63,365 nucleotides of DNA, filler included, from Octopus bimaculoides (GCF_001194135.2; 4 parts of 4 records of this genome joined end to end with filler, not necessarily neighbours in it); one strand, 5' to 3'. Positions 1-11,648 are shown, counted from the first letter of the whole stretch. Notes: a model not told the origin generated them from the sequence alone. Numbers and translations are program-made.

Positions 1-31
<31 letters not shown>

Positions 32-714
32 ACAAACCAGCAGAAAAAAAATCCTTTTCAGATTGAATAATAAAGCTCGTAGCTAACATGGTTCTGGATA
101 TTATGCAAACATTTGATAACTTGTGAAAGTAAACAATGAAGCTTATTGGTTTAAAAATTTAAATTAAAATTTATTATATCGGATATCTGGTAGAAATATA
201 CAAGGAAGATTGCTTGATTTAAATCACTTTAATACAGCAAACTACGGATTTTTTTGATAATAAATCATAAAAGGATGGTGGGATTGGTTTATTAACAGAC
301 TGGCTAAAGATAATTTTATAGAAAAAAGGTCAGCCGTATCGCTGCATTTTGGTTATTAACTTACATCTAAATTGAGCGATAAAAAAAATTTGTAATGATG
401 TCAAATACGGTAGACGGTGTATTTCTAATTTAGTCCTGTATACAATCAAACGATATTACCTAAACCAATAACCCGGATAAAATATAGAATAAACGAATTT
501 CAAATACGTGAATCAAATAAAAAGGTAAATAACGTTAAATCATACGTAAGAAAACAATTTGAAGTAGTATAAAGGTAGAGTGGACAACAAAAGGTGGAAG
601 TGTTGTTAGTTAATATATTTAATATGGGTTTAAAGATGGCCGAAGTAATGTGAAATGAAAAGGTTAACTTAAGACTATAAAAGAAACATGAATAGAAACA
701 GTTGATATAGGTTT

Positions 715-905
715 CAAATTTTGGCACAAGGCCAGCATGTTCAGTGGGTACTTATTGTATTCAATAGGTACTTATTGTATTGATTTTGAAAGGATGAAAG
801 GCAAAGTCGACTCCGGTCGAATTTGAATTCAGAACGTATATACGGGTGAAATGATGCAAAACGTTTTGCCCTTCAAGCTATAACTAATAATTCTGCCAGC
901 TCGCC
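715..905 (-). mobile_element. tRNA-derived SINE, family B (head GGCGAGCTGGCAGAA...), diverged copy
   Basis: Contains GAAAGGATGAAAGGCAAAGTCGAC...GAATTTGAATTCAGAACG, the reverse complement of the body seen at 4934-5357 and 11095-11245; ends in CTGCCAGCTCGCC. Confidence 0.8.
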
Positions 906-1829
906 ATCTTTATTTTAGAATTAATATTGAATTAGGGAAACAAAGGCGACAATAAAACTCAACGGATGAGTCTTTCACCGCCATCCTTAACGTATCTTTT
1001 TTCCTAACACCCATATCAAATTTTCCGCCGCTGCCCGACGTAAGCGTGGTGGCGGAGGCGGGTGGCTATACAGCCCACTCTGTGAAGCAGTCAACTAAAC
1101 CATTAANNNNNNNNNNNNNNNNNNNNNNNNNNNNNNNNNNNNNNNNNNNNNNNNNNNNNNNNNNNNNNNNNNNNNNNNNNNNNNNNNNNNNNNNNNNNNN
1201 NNNNNNNNNNNNNNNNNNNNNNNNNNNNNNNNNNNNNNNNNNNNNNNNNNNNNNNNNNNNNNNNNNNNNNNNNNNNNNNNNNNNNNNNNNNNNNNNNNNN
1301 NNNNNNNNNNNNNNNNNNNNNNNNNNNNNNNNNNNNNNNNNNNNNNNNNNNNNNNNNNNNNNNNNNNNNNNNNNNNNNNNNNNNNNNNNNNNNNNNNNNN
1401 NNNNNNNNNNNNNNNNNNNNNNNNNNNNNNNNNNNNNNNNNNNNNNNNNNNNNNNNNNNNNNNNNNNNNNNNNNNNNNNNNNNNNNNNNNNNNNNNNNNN
1501 NNNNNNNNNNNNNNNNNNNNNNNNNNNNNNNNNNNNNNNNNNNNNNNNNNNNNNNNNNNNNNNNNNNNNNNNNNNNNNTGTGTGTGTGATGGTTCGTGCT
1601 TTGTAACAGTCTTCGAGTCGCTTTTACAACGTAATTTGTTTTCAGATTCGACACACGATTGTCACGGAATCAAGTCACTTGGAAAGCAAGTAAAAGACAT
1701 GCATACATACACACACACATACATACATACATACAAGCATACATACATTACATACACACAAATATATATTCATATACATATACATGCATACATGTTAACA
1801 TATATTAATATTAATATATATGTATATAT

Positions 1830-1877
<48 letters not shown>

Positions 1878-2576
1878 GAATATATGTATATTTGTATGTG
1901 TATATATGTATGCATATATATATACACATGGATATATACATACACATATATATACATACATCCATACATCCATACACATATATACATATATACTTGCACG
2001 CGTACAAACATGCATACTACTTATGCATATACATACACATTTATATGTACCTACACATACACATACATGCATACACACACACACACACACACACACACTA
2101 TCCCTTTTTGTATTTCTTGCTTGTTTTCTTTTTTTTTTCTTTCCATAAAACGCTTCGCTGAAAGCGTTGCTGACTGGGTTACGTTGACATAATTTCGTTA
2201 GCGAACGAAATTATCGGAAACAATTGCAAGAGATACACGGCTAACACGTTCATTAATGAAGCCCCGTATTATATCAAACGTGGGCAGTTTACTTCAAAGA
2301 CATTTAAACCTTTACACAAAAGAAGCTATTTACTCACATTCACTGAGCGACTATTGATTACGTAGGCAGGTCACGTGTTTGTCTTTGTTAACGAGTTTTC
2401 TGAATATTACGCTTGTGTGTGTGTGTTTGTGTGGTTTTGTTTGTATGCAAACTAAAAGTGTGTTTTTGTGATGATTACTTATGCATATGTAGGTAGATAG
2501 ATCGATAGATAGATAGATATATAGATAGATAGATAAGATAAATAGATAGACAGACAGACAGATAGATAGATAGGCT

Positions 2577-2820
2577 TACCATAATTTTCCAGATTTCAAA
2601 ACAAGGACAATTGGAGTTGAAACCAGTATCAATTTGGGATCTTTTTTAAAACGGGGGCCACATTTTTCATTAATGTTTTACGTAGTGTTTTTGGTACCGA
2701 AAGACTTTCAAACTTCGTATACTTATCTATTTTGTGTTATAGAACAGAAAAATATTTTTGTATTCGAATTTATTTCATGTAAAAAATTGTCTTATTTCGA
2801 TAATTTCAACCAATCTGTAT
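2577..2820. repeat. MITE-like dispersed repeat (left part; related to 24159-24270)
   Basis: About 70 bp (TAATGTTTTACGTAGTG...CTATTTTGTGTT) near-identical to 24159-24227; GGGATCTTTTTTAAAACGGGGGCCACATTTT appears inverted in the other copy. Confidence 0.65.
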
Positions 2821-3129
2821 GAAACAGAGAGGGAGAGAGAGAGAGACCAAGAACGGAAAGTAGACATACAAGGTTATTCGTGTCACCTCAGAACAAACAT
2901 ATAAAATATATAAAACATTGTCAAGTACGATAGCAATATTTAAAAATAAATAAAACTAAATGTTGGGTTATGAGATTCCTTCGTTTGTTTCTTTCAATTT
3001 GAATTAATATGAAAAATATTTTTTATGGTAGTGTTTTATAGGCTTTTATTTTTTGCTGTTCTATTCCTTTGGTACAACTTTTGTTTATCGTCTTTGAAAT
3101 TTGAATAAATTTTACTTCGTTTCAGACGT

Positions 3130-3308
3130 ATGGCAGCGGAGAGTCAAATAGAAAAAAAATTAGCATTTTCTACTCCTACTTCTCTTCGTTTTCAATCACG
3201 GTTTCAAAGCTACAAAGGCCATTCGAGACGTTTGTGTATGGAGAAGGCACTGTTACTGAAAAAAAAAACTGTACAGAAAATAGTTTCCATGCTTCAACGA
3301 GGGGGAAA
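3130..3308 (+). pseudogene. mariner transposase N-terminal HTH remnant (frameshifted)
   Basis: Stitched frames give MAAESQIEKK / HFLLLLLFVFNHGFKATKAIRDVC / GEGTVTEKKTVQK, matching the mariner HTH pattern HFRH.LLF.FN.G.KA.EA.R.I..VYGEG...E.T...WF. Confidence 0.7.
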
Positions 3309-3548
3309 ATTACGGGGACGTAAACACACGAGCATCGGTTGTCAAGCAATGGTGGGGGACAAACACAGACACACAAACATACACACACACATATATATAC
3401 ATATATACGACAGGCTTCTTTCAGTTTCCGTCTACCAAATTCACTCACAAGGCTTTGGTCGGCCCGAAGCTATAGTAGAAGATACTTGCCCAAGGTGCCA
3501 AGCAGTGGGACTGAACCCGGAACCATGTGGTTGATGAGCAAGCTACTT
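3309..3548 (-). mobile_element. tRNA-derived SINE, family A (octopus OR-type-like) with internal microsatellite
   Basis: Reverse complement of ...CCACATGGTTCCGGGTTCAGTCCCACTGC...GAGTGGATTTGGTAGACGGAAACTGAAAGAAGCC(TA/TG)n body; more than 10 copies in window. Confidence 0.85.
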
Positions 3549-4789
3549 TATTTCATTAAATATTGGCCATTAAGGCCTTACAAAGAGGGGCAAACAAGGA
3601 CAGACAAACGTAAAGTAGCTGCGGGCTGGACACGGACATTAATGAGATGAGGGTGATAACAAAAAAGGTTGAAATAAAAATGGGAGGGGCACCGGCGCCC
3701 ACCGACCGATAACCCCTCGCTACTTACCACACAGCCACTCCTGCGCTTATGTGTATTTTTTTTTTAAATTATGGTTGGTGGTATAAAAGGAAGTCTTTCC
3801 AGCACTGCGAAGTAGAACTGAACTCTTTACCAAATGGTTGAGAAGCAAGCTTATTACCACACAGTCACACCTGCGCCTATATAAAGAATAAAATAAAATA
3901 AAACCGTTTTCCTACATTTTAGAAATGTTCGTTTCAGTTCTTTCAGATAGAGAATTAGTCCTTTATGACGTCAAGTAATTAACGTTCTCTTTGAATAACG
4001 ATTCTTCTACCATTTAAATATAAAGATAGGATTTTCGTAAAGAGAAAAACTTAGGAGAGATTTCACTCTTTTGAAATGTTTCTATTATGACGTAATAATC
4101 ATTCCATTTTCTTTACAAACCCCCCACCACACTTGTTTACTTTCTTATTTCATATCTACAATGCTTCAGTAGACACTAACATAGGAATCATATATATAGG
4201 CTTGTGTCTTGTCTATCGAATCCAAGATAACATTCAGGTGTTTCGCCAACCGTATGAATGAATGTTAGATAGACAAGAAAGATAACCTACAATCAGCAAA
4301 CACACTTAACACATTTAATAATCGCAAAAACACATCAACCATCTTTAATAATTGGTTTGCTAATCTGGGTAAGGGTTTTTCCTCTCTTTGCTTAAATGGA
4401 CAGAAACGCAAATACGAACGCGGTTAATACTCGCTATTTCACACAAATACCTATGTATCTGTGTGTCAGTTTATATTTCTGCATGTACACACACACGTAC
4501 ACACGCACACATAGATACTTCGAAATTTCGGCTTACTGGCCGTCATCAGACTTCGAAAAATCACGTTGCCTTGTAAAAATGATGTAGTGTCTGTCATATG
4601 CACATACATAAAGGAGCCTTGGGTCTAGGTTACGAACCAACTCTTTCTCTCTTGGCAAGAAATCTTGAAATAAAACTTAATAATGGCATACATGCATCTA
4701 ATTACATATCTACAAGCGTACATACATGTGTGTATATATGGAGAGACAGAGAGAGCAAGAAAGAAAGGAAGAAAAAGTGTGATATTCTT

Positions 4790-5357
4790 TTCTACTCTAG
4801 GCACAAAGCCCGATATTTGGTGGGAGGGGACCAGTCGATTAGATTGACCCCAGTACACAACTGGTACTTAATTTATCGACTCCGAAAGGATGAAAGGCAA
4901 AGTCGACCTCAGCGGAATTTGAACTCAGAACGCACTGGCAGAAACGTTAGCACACCGGGCGAAATGCTTAGCGGTATTTCGTCTGTCTTTACGTTCTGAG
5001 TTCAAATTCCGCCGGGGTCGACTTTGCCTTTCATCGTTTCGGGATCGATAAATTAAGTACCAGTTACGCACTGGGGTCGATGTAATCGACTTAATCCGTT
5101 TGTCTGTCCCTGTGTGTCCCCTCTATGTTTAGCCCTTTGTGGGCAATAAAGAAATAAGAAACGTTTGCACGCCAAGCAAAATGCTAGTGGTATTTCGTCT
5201 GTCTTTACGCTCTGAGTTCAAATTCCGCCGAGGTCGACTTTGCCTTTCATCCTTTCGGGGTCGATAAATTAAGTACCAGTTGCGTACTGGGGTCGATCTA
5301 ATCGACTAGCCCTCTCCCCCAAAATTTCGGACCTCAGGCCTAGAGTAGAAAAATATC
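4790..5357. mobile_element. SINE family B trimer: one inverted 5'-truncated copy plus two tandem forward copies
   Basis: 4790-4931 is the reverse complement of the body in 4934-5155 and 5156-5357. Confidence 0.85.
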
Positions 5358-5802
5358 TTTTGTAGTTCTGTTTCCATGCTGTGTTTCTTCTTTTTTTTTA
5401 ACTATTTCTGCTATTTTCATCTCTGATAACCTGTTGTATCAATATAGTTTGTTTCGGTTTTATATTTTGTCGCCTCCTTGTGTATAGAGAAAATCGTTTT
5501 CGTTTGTTCGTGTTGCTTCATTACATTTTGTAGTCTTCTGATTCTAGTTTTTAAATACACTTTTAGTCCAACTGTTGGTATTTCGTAGTAATTTTCTACA
5601 ATGTGTCAAGCCACGGCCTCCTTCAGAGCGAAGTCGATATATTTTGTGCGTGTCTGCTTTGGGATAGTAACTTCGGTGTGTTGTTTTCTGGTTTTTCTAA
5701 CTTTCTCAATTCACTGATCTTCCAGCTCATTATGCTGAAGCTGTAATTTATGATTGTTATGGCTAGCGTGTTTATCCATATTATCTTATTTTTAGCATTG
5801 AG

Positions 5803-5803
5803 T

Positions 5804-5864
<61 letters not shown>

Positions 5865-5877
5865 TATTATTATTATT

Positions 5878-5909
<32 letters not shown>

Positions 5910-6075
5910 TAGAAGAAATCATTATTATTATTACGTCATAATCATTGTCGTCGTCGTCATCATCATCATCATCATCACCACCATCATCATCATCATCATT
6001 ATTATTATCAGCAGTAGGAGCAACATCATCATCATTTTATTATTATTATTATTATTATTACCATCATCGTCATCA

Positions 6076-6154
<79 letters not shown>

Positions 6155-6156
6155 CA

Positions 6157-6187
<31 letters not shown>

Positions 6188-6202
6188 CATCATTGTCGTC
6201 GT
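5803..6202. repeat. compound (ATT)n/(ATC)n/(GTC)n triplet microsatellite running into a gap
   Basis: Direct reading. Confidence 0.95.
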
Positions 6203-6821
6203 NNNNNNNNNNNNNNNNNNNNNNNNNNNNNNNNNNNNNNNNNNNNNNNNNNNNNNNNNNNNNNNNNNNNNNNNNNNNNNNNNNNNNNNNNNNNNNNNNN
6301 NNNNNNNNNNNNNNNNNNNNNNNNNNNNNNNNNNNNNNNNNNNNNNNNNNNNNNNNNNNNNNNNNNNNNNNNNNNNNNNNNNNNNNNNNNNNNNNNNNNN
6401 NNNNNNNNNNNNNNNNNNNNNNNNNNNNNNNNNNNNNNNNNNNNNNNNNNNNNNNNNNNNNNNNNNNNNNNNNNNNNNNNNNNNNNNNNNNNNNNNNNNN
6501 NNNNNNNNNNNNNNNNNNNNNNNNNNNNNNNNNNNNNNNNNNNNNNNNNNNNNNNNNNNNNNNNNNNNNNNNNNNNNNNNNNNNNNNNNNNNNNNNNNNN
6601 NNNNNNNNNNNNNNNNNNNNNNNNNNNNNNNNNNNNNNNNNNNNNNNNNNNNNNNNNNNNNNNNNNNNNNNNNNNNNNNNNNNNNNNNNNNNNNNNNNNN
6701 NNNNNNNNNNNNNNNNNNNNNNNNNNNNNNNNNNNNNNNNNNNNNNNNNNNNNNNNNNNNNNNNNNNNNNNNNNNNNNNNNNNNNNNNNNNNNNNNNNNN
6801 NNNNNNNNNNNNNNNNNNNNN

Positions 6822-6859
<38 letters not shown>

Positions 6860-7348
6860 CATTATATATATTTCTCTTTCTGTCTCTCTTTCTTCTATTT
6901 CTTTCTCTTTCTGTTTCTCTCTTTCTCCCTCACTCTCATTCTCTCTCTCTCTCTCTCTCAATTTCTCCCACCCTCTATCTCTCTCTCTAACTATCTCTTT
7001 CTCTCTCATATACACACACGTACATATATGCATGCACACATGCATTCTCTCTTTCTCGCACATGTGCACATAAAATCTGTCTGTCTCATGCACACATTCA
7101 TACACTCAAATGCGCACACGCACACTCATACACACATACACGCGCACACACACATACGCATACAAATAATAAAGAGGAACAAAGCTATATTAAATACCAT
7201 ACAACATAAAATATGGTCCACAACTGAGAACGAAATAATCTCTTCAATTATTTAAAATATATCCTAATACAGTTCTATATTTAAGAGATGAGGAATTATG
7301 TACATTATTTACATTTGACGGATATTTCTCCTCATCTTGTTTGATGTT

Positions 7349-7394
7349 AACACAACGTTTCGGCTGATATACCTTCCATCCTTCATCAGGTGTC
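7349..7394 (-). ncRNA. minimal type I hammerhead ribozyme
   Basis: GACAC-CUGAUGA-A-GGAUG(loop)CAGCC-GAA-ACGU-U/GUGUU: intact core, stem I GACAC/GUGUU, stem II with one mismatch, palindromic ACGU helix III. Confidence 0.75.
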
Positions 7395-7454
7395 TTGGGG
7401 AAATTTCGAACCTGGGTTCTCATTCCTAAGGTATTTTTCGATGTTATTATTATT

Positions 7455-7528
7455 CAGGTCATTGTTTGGAATCGAACTCGGAATTTTGGGGTTAGTAGCC
7501 CACGCTTTTAACCACTACACCATATGCC
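7455..7528 (-). promoter_or_regulatory. tRNA-derived internal Pol III promoter (A and B boxes)
   Basis: Minus strand GGCATATGGTGTAGTGGTTAAAAGCGTGGGCTACTAACCCCAAAATTCCGAGTTCGATTCC: A box TGGTGTAGTGG, B box GAGTTCGATTCC; not a complete cloverleaf. Confidence 0.7.
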
Positions 7529-7557
7529 CGTGGGCAATTATGGAGTGAATTTTAGGG

Positions 7558-7818
7558 CTTATAAATCTAATATTCTCCTATCCTTCTTTAATACCGGTTC
7601 CCATATGTTATTCATATCTGCACTCGGTCTGCTTAGGAGGTTGTTGTGTCCTAACATATGTGCTGCTCCTTTTAGTTTTCGTTTTTTCCAGTGGTGTTCT
7701 GTCTATTATTTTAACTTCATCCCACAGGGGGAGGCGGTCTCCATTTTTTCCATTCATGATCAGCTATACCCGATTTATCAATATCTACTCGTGTCACAGC
7801 TTTGCGATGTTCTTCTAC
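7558..7818 (-). pseudogene. PLE GIY-YIG endonuclease C-terminal fragment (two frameshifts)
   Basis: VEEHRKAVTRVDIDKSGIADHEWKK / GDRLPLWDEVKIIDR / EHHWKKRKLKGAAHMLGHNNLLSRPSADMNNIWEPVLKKDRRILDL*; fits the R..EH...S.IA.H...H...WD...I..E...R...EA pattern of Penelope/Poseidon-type EN. Confidence 0.8.
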
Positions 7819-8261
7819 CCTGATGAAGACTGGAGGTTATATCAACCGAAACGTTGTGCTAACAACAAACAAGATGAGGACAAATATCCGTCAAATTAAT
7901 TTAAATAACGTATATCCTAATAGTTCCTGGCTGTTGACAAACACGCTTTACAATGTCATGTTTAATAAAGTATTAGTTCTCTATAATTCTTATGGATTAA
8001 TTTACAGAAACGGCAGTAGATTGGCTGAAACATTTTGCAGTATTTACTGTTTCACTGTTTTCTTTCTGAGATAAAATCTAGTCGAATTTGATATTTATTC
8101 CTCCAAAACATTACCTATACAGTAAATTACTAGCCAAGCGGAACGACAAAATTCAAAATCGACAAAGTTGGGATTTGAATTCAGAAAAATCAAGGGAGAT
8201 AACTGAATGCCTCAATCTATTTTATTAGGGCTCTCTTGACTCTGTCATAATATACAAAGAC

Positions 8262-8296
<35 letters not shown>

Positions 8297-9439
8297 TAGT
8301 GATAGTGTGTATGTGTGTGGGTACATGTTATTCTATTATTATTTTACTTGTTTCAGTCATGTGACTTCGGCCATGCTGGAGCACCACGTGCGCATGTGTG
8401 CGTTGATGTATACGCGTGTATATGTGCGCGTTTGTGTATGTTTTTGTTTGTGCGTGTATGTGTGCGTGCGTGGGTGTCTATAATGTGTGTATGCGTGGGC
8501 GTATGTGTGTGTGTGTGTGTGTATTTGCGAGCGCAAGTGTACGTCGGTGTCTCTAACATGTGCACGTGCGCGCGCGTGTTTGTGTATGTGTGTGTGTGTT
8601 TGTGTGCGTACGTGTGTATGTATATGTCTATGTCTGCGCGTGGGTTTGTGTGAGTGCGTGTTTGTATGTGTGTGTGTGTGTGCATGTATACGGCTGTGTG
8701 TAAGTGTGCTTATGTGTGTGCGTGTGTGTGTGTTTATGTGGGGGTGTATGGGGTGGTGTTGTACATTTTAAAAAATGTCTGAACACGAAGACAGCAACCG
8801 CTGCTACGGACATATAATGTATATCCACGATACACGTTGGCATAGCAACCGTTGTTGGGGTCTTGCTGGGTGTTTGTGAGGTCATCTCTGAGAATATTGG
8901 GGGCGGGTGTTTACAGATGAAATAACAGACTGTGAAGACGGTTGGTTATATATATATCATGTTGAAGACCTCGTTTAAACTATGTTGGNNNNNNNNNNNN
9001 NNNNNNNNNNNNNNNNNNNNNNNNNNNNNNNNNNNNNNNNNNNNNNNNNNNNNNNNNNNNNNNNNNNNNNNNNNNNNNNNNNNNNNNNNNNNNNNNNNNN
9101 NNNNNNNNNNNNNNNNNNNNNNNNNNNNNNNNNNNNNNNNNNNNNNNNNNNNNNNNNNNNNNNNNNNNNNNNNNNNNNNNNNNNNNNNNNNNNNNNNNNN
9201 NNNNNNNNNNNNNNNNNNNNNNNNNNNNNNNNNNNNNNNNNNNNNNNNNNNNNNNNNNNNNNNNNNNNNNNNNNNNNNNNNNNNNNNNNNNNNNNNNNNN
9301 NNNNNNNNNNNNNNNNNNNNNNNNNNNNNNNNNNNNNNNNNNNNNNNNNNNNNNNNNNNNNNNNNNNNNNNNNNNNNNNNNNNNNNNNNNNNNNNNNNNN
9401 NNNNNNNNNNNNNNNNNNNNNNNNNNNNNNNNNNNNNNN

Positions 9440-9650
9440 NNNNTATGACATCGACGAGAAGATGAAAAGAAGAAGGGAAGAGGAGGAATACGATGACAAT
9501 GATGATGATGATAACAAAAAGGAGGAGGGAGGGAGATCATGACGATGACGATGGAGAAGAAGAAGAAGAAGAAGAAGAAGAAGAAGAAGAAGAAAAAGAA
9601 CAAGAAGAACAAGAACAACAACAACAACAACAACAACAGGAAAATAATCC
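9440..9650. repeat. (GAT)n/(GAA)n/(CAA)n triplet repeat cluster
   Basis: Direct reading. Confidence 0.95.
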
Positions 9651-9654
9651 TTCC

Positions 9655-9785
9655 TTCTATGGGCACAAAGCCTAAAATTTGGGGGGAAGTGGGGGAGGGG
9701 CCAGTCGATTACCTCGACCCCAGTACTCAACTGGTACTTTATTTTATCGACCTCGAAAAGATGAAAGACAAAGTCGACTCCGGCG
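9655..9785 (-). mobile_element. SINE family B 3' fragment
   Basis: GGCACAAAGCCT...CCAGTCGATT...CCCCAGTACTCAACTGGTACTT...GATGAAAGACAAAGTCGAC. Confidence 0.75.
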
Positions 9786-10065
9786 ATTACGAAGACAAAA
9801 TAGGGGACAGCATCGCAACTTTCCCGTTCGAAAGCAGAAACTTCTCATCTGGGATGCAACTCGCAGATACTCTCCCCAGCTGCGGTTTGGCGAAACCAAG
9901 ATCGGATCCAGATTTCGTCGCCCGACAGACGGAGGAATGCAAGTTTAAAAAGCACTCCGATAAGGTTTCTTTTCGTCATGGTGACAATGAAAACATCCTG
10001 GAACCCACGAACCATCTCCCTACTGAATTTGCTAATATAAATGACAGAATGGTTAACTTATTTGC

Positions 10066-10420
10066 ATAGGCGTAGGCGTGGCTGTGTGGTAAGAAGCTTG
10101 CTTCCCAACCACATGGTTCCGGGTTCAATGTCTTCTACCATAGCCTCGGATCGACCAAAGCCTCTTCCTGGCACCAACACGGCTCCAACAGTCGAGTGAT
10201 ACTTTTTATCTTTTATCTTTTGATTGATTTAGTCATTAGACGGCAGCCATACTGGGGCACCGCCTGAAAGAATTTTTAGTCGAATGAATGGAGCCCCAGT
10301 AACTATTTGTTATTTAAGCCTGGTACTTATTCTATCGGTCTTTGGCCGAACCGCTAAGTTACGGGACAGTAAACACATCAACAACGGTTGTCAAGCGGTA
10401 GTCACACACACACACGCACA
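10066..10420. mobile_element. SINE family A fragments: forward head then reverse tail
   Basis: GGCGTGGCTGTGTGGTAAGAAGCTTGCTTCCCAACCACATGG head; minus-strand tail 10195-10420. Confidence 0.75.
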
Positions 10421-11094
10421 AATGTAGGTAGATAGATAGATAGATAGATAGACAGACAGATCCAGTAGATTTTTGATCAAAGATATTCTGTCCTTGAACA
10501 TCTCCTTTATTTCCGACGCATTATTTCGTCTGGGACTTCATAATCGGTGTCCTTTCTACGTCGAAGTATAACCCAAGGAAAAATTCGGTTGATCTTTGCC
10601 GTGAGGTTCTACTTAACTGGTCGTTTATTTTATCGGTTTGCCATACCTAAACACCAAATCTAAAAACGTTTTATTTTAAACCAACTGATCACATTTTGAA
10701 TTATGACATTTAGAATACAAAGAAACAAAAAAAAAAGAAAAGGGGTAAAAAGAGGAAAAGGAGGATTAAGTAGTAGATGATGGATGGAAAAGGGGCAATG
10801 GGCCACACTCCCCAAGGCAAATGTAAAGAGACTTAACTGCGAATATAATACAAGGGAAATAACTCTTCAAATTGCAGGTATTATTTCCCTTTACTGCCGT
10901 TGATATGAAAAGATCCATTATTGGTAAAATTCAAAATGATGTTTACCAGTCAATAACATCTTCGATCGCAAGACTTTGTTTTGCTTTGACAATAAATTTC
11001 AACAGAATTTCAAGAGACTAGAATCTCCAAATACTTTAACCAGAAAAAAATTAAAGATACTAACAAACCAGGTACAATATTTTGTTTACTTATA

Positions 11095-11245
11095 TTTGTC
11101 GCTAGGAAATTCTGCCAAGGTCGACTTTGCTTTTCATCATTTTGGGGTCGATAAATTAAGTACCAGTGAAATACTGGGATCGATGGAATCGTCTAGTCCC
11201 CCTTCCACAAAATTTCAGGTCTTGTGGCTTTAGTAGAAAGGATTA
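11095..11245 (+). mobile_element. SINE family B 3' part
   Basis: GTCGACTTTGCTTTTCATCATTTTGGGGTCGATAAATTAAGTACCAG. Confidence 0.8.
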
Positions 11246-11334
11246 TATTTGTTACTAGGACCAGGATGGTTACGACAGAATTGGTAGAGCGGTGCAGACA
11301 AAGTCTGTTGTAATATTTAGTAAACTTTTTCTAC

Positions 11335-11441
11335 TTAGGGTTAAGGTTAGTGTTTTAGGGTTAGGGTTTAGGGTTAGGGTTTTAGGGTTAGGATTAGGAT
11401 TAGAATTTTAGGGTTGGGGTTTTAAGGTTAGGGTTAGGGTT
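11335..11441 (+). repeat. degenerate interstitial telomeric (TTAGGG)n tract
   Basis: About 15 TTAGGG/TTTAGGG/TTAGGA variants. Confidence 0.85.
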
Positions 11442-11532
11442 ATGGAAAAAAAGTGAAAAAAATAAAGAAATTGGGGTGGAGGTACGGGGATGGGCATTAA
11501 ATTTCAAAATTCCGATTTTTGGCAATTTTCTG

Positions 11533-11615
11533 TCTTCTACTATAGCCTCGGGCCGACCAAAGCCTTGTGAGTAGATTTGGTAGACGGAAACTGAAAGAAG
11601 ACCGTCGTATATATG

Positions 11616-11648
<33 letters not shown>

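Larger units (their letters stand above)
7270..7910 (-). mobile_element. 5'-truncated Penelope-like element insertion with inverted terminal duplication, flanked by 12-bp TSD
   Basis: TATATCCTAATA at 7258-7269 and 7911-7922; GIY-YIG C-terminus 7558-7818 (-); tRNA-like head, hammerhead and tail 7270-7528 (-); inverted tail copy 7819-7910 (+). Confidence 0.85.

Noticed and set aside
7455-7528. Possible functional tRNA gene (also 43470-43540 and 24945-25015)
   Set aside because: A and B boxes are present, but there is no complete acceptor stem or cloverleaf; these are retroelement heads.
10879-11071. AG...GT bounded candidate exon
   Set aside because: All three frames contain stops.
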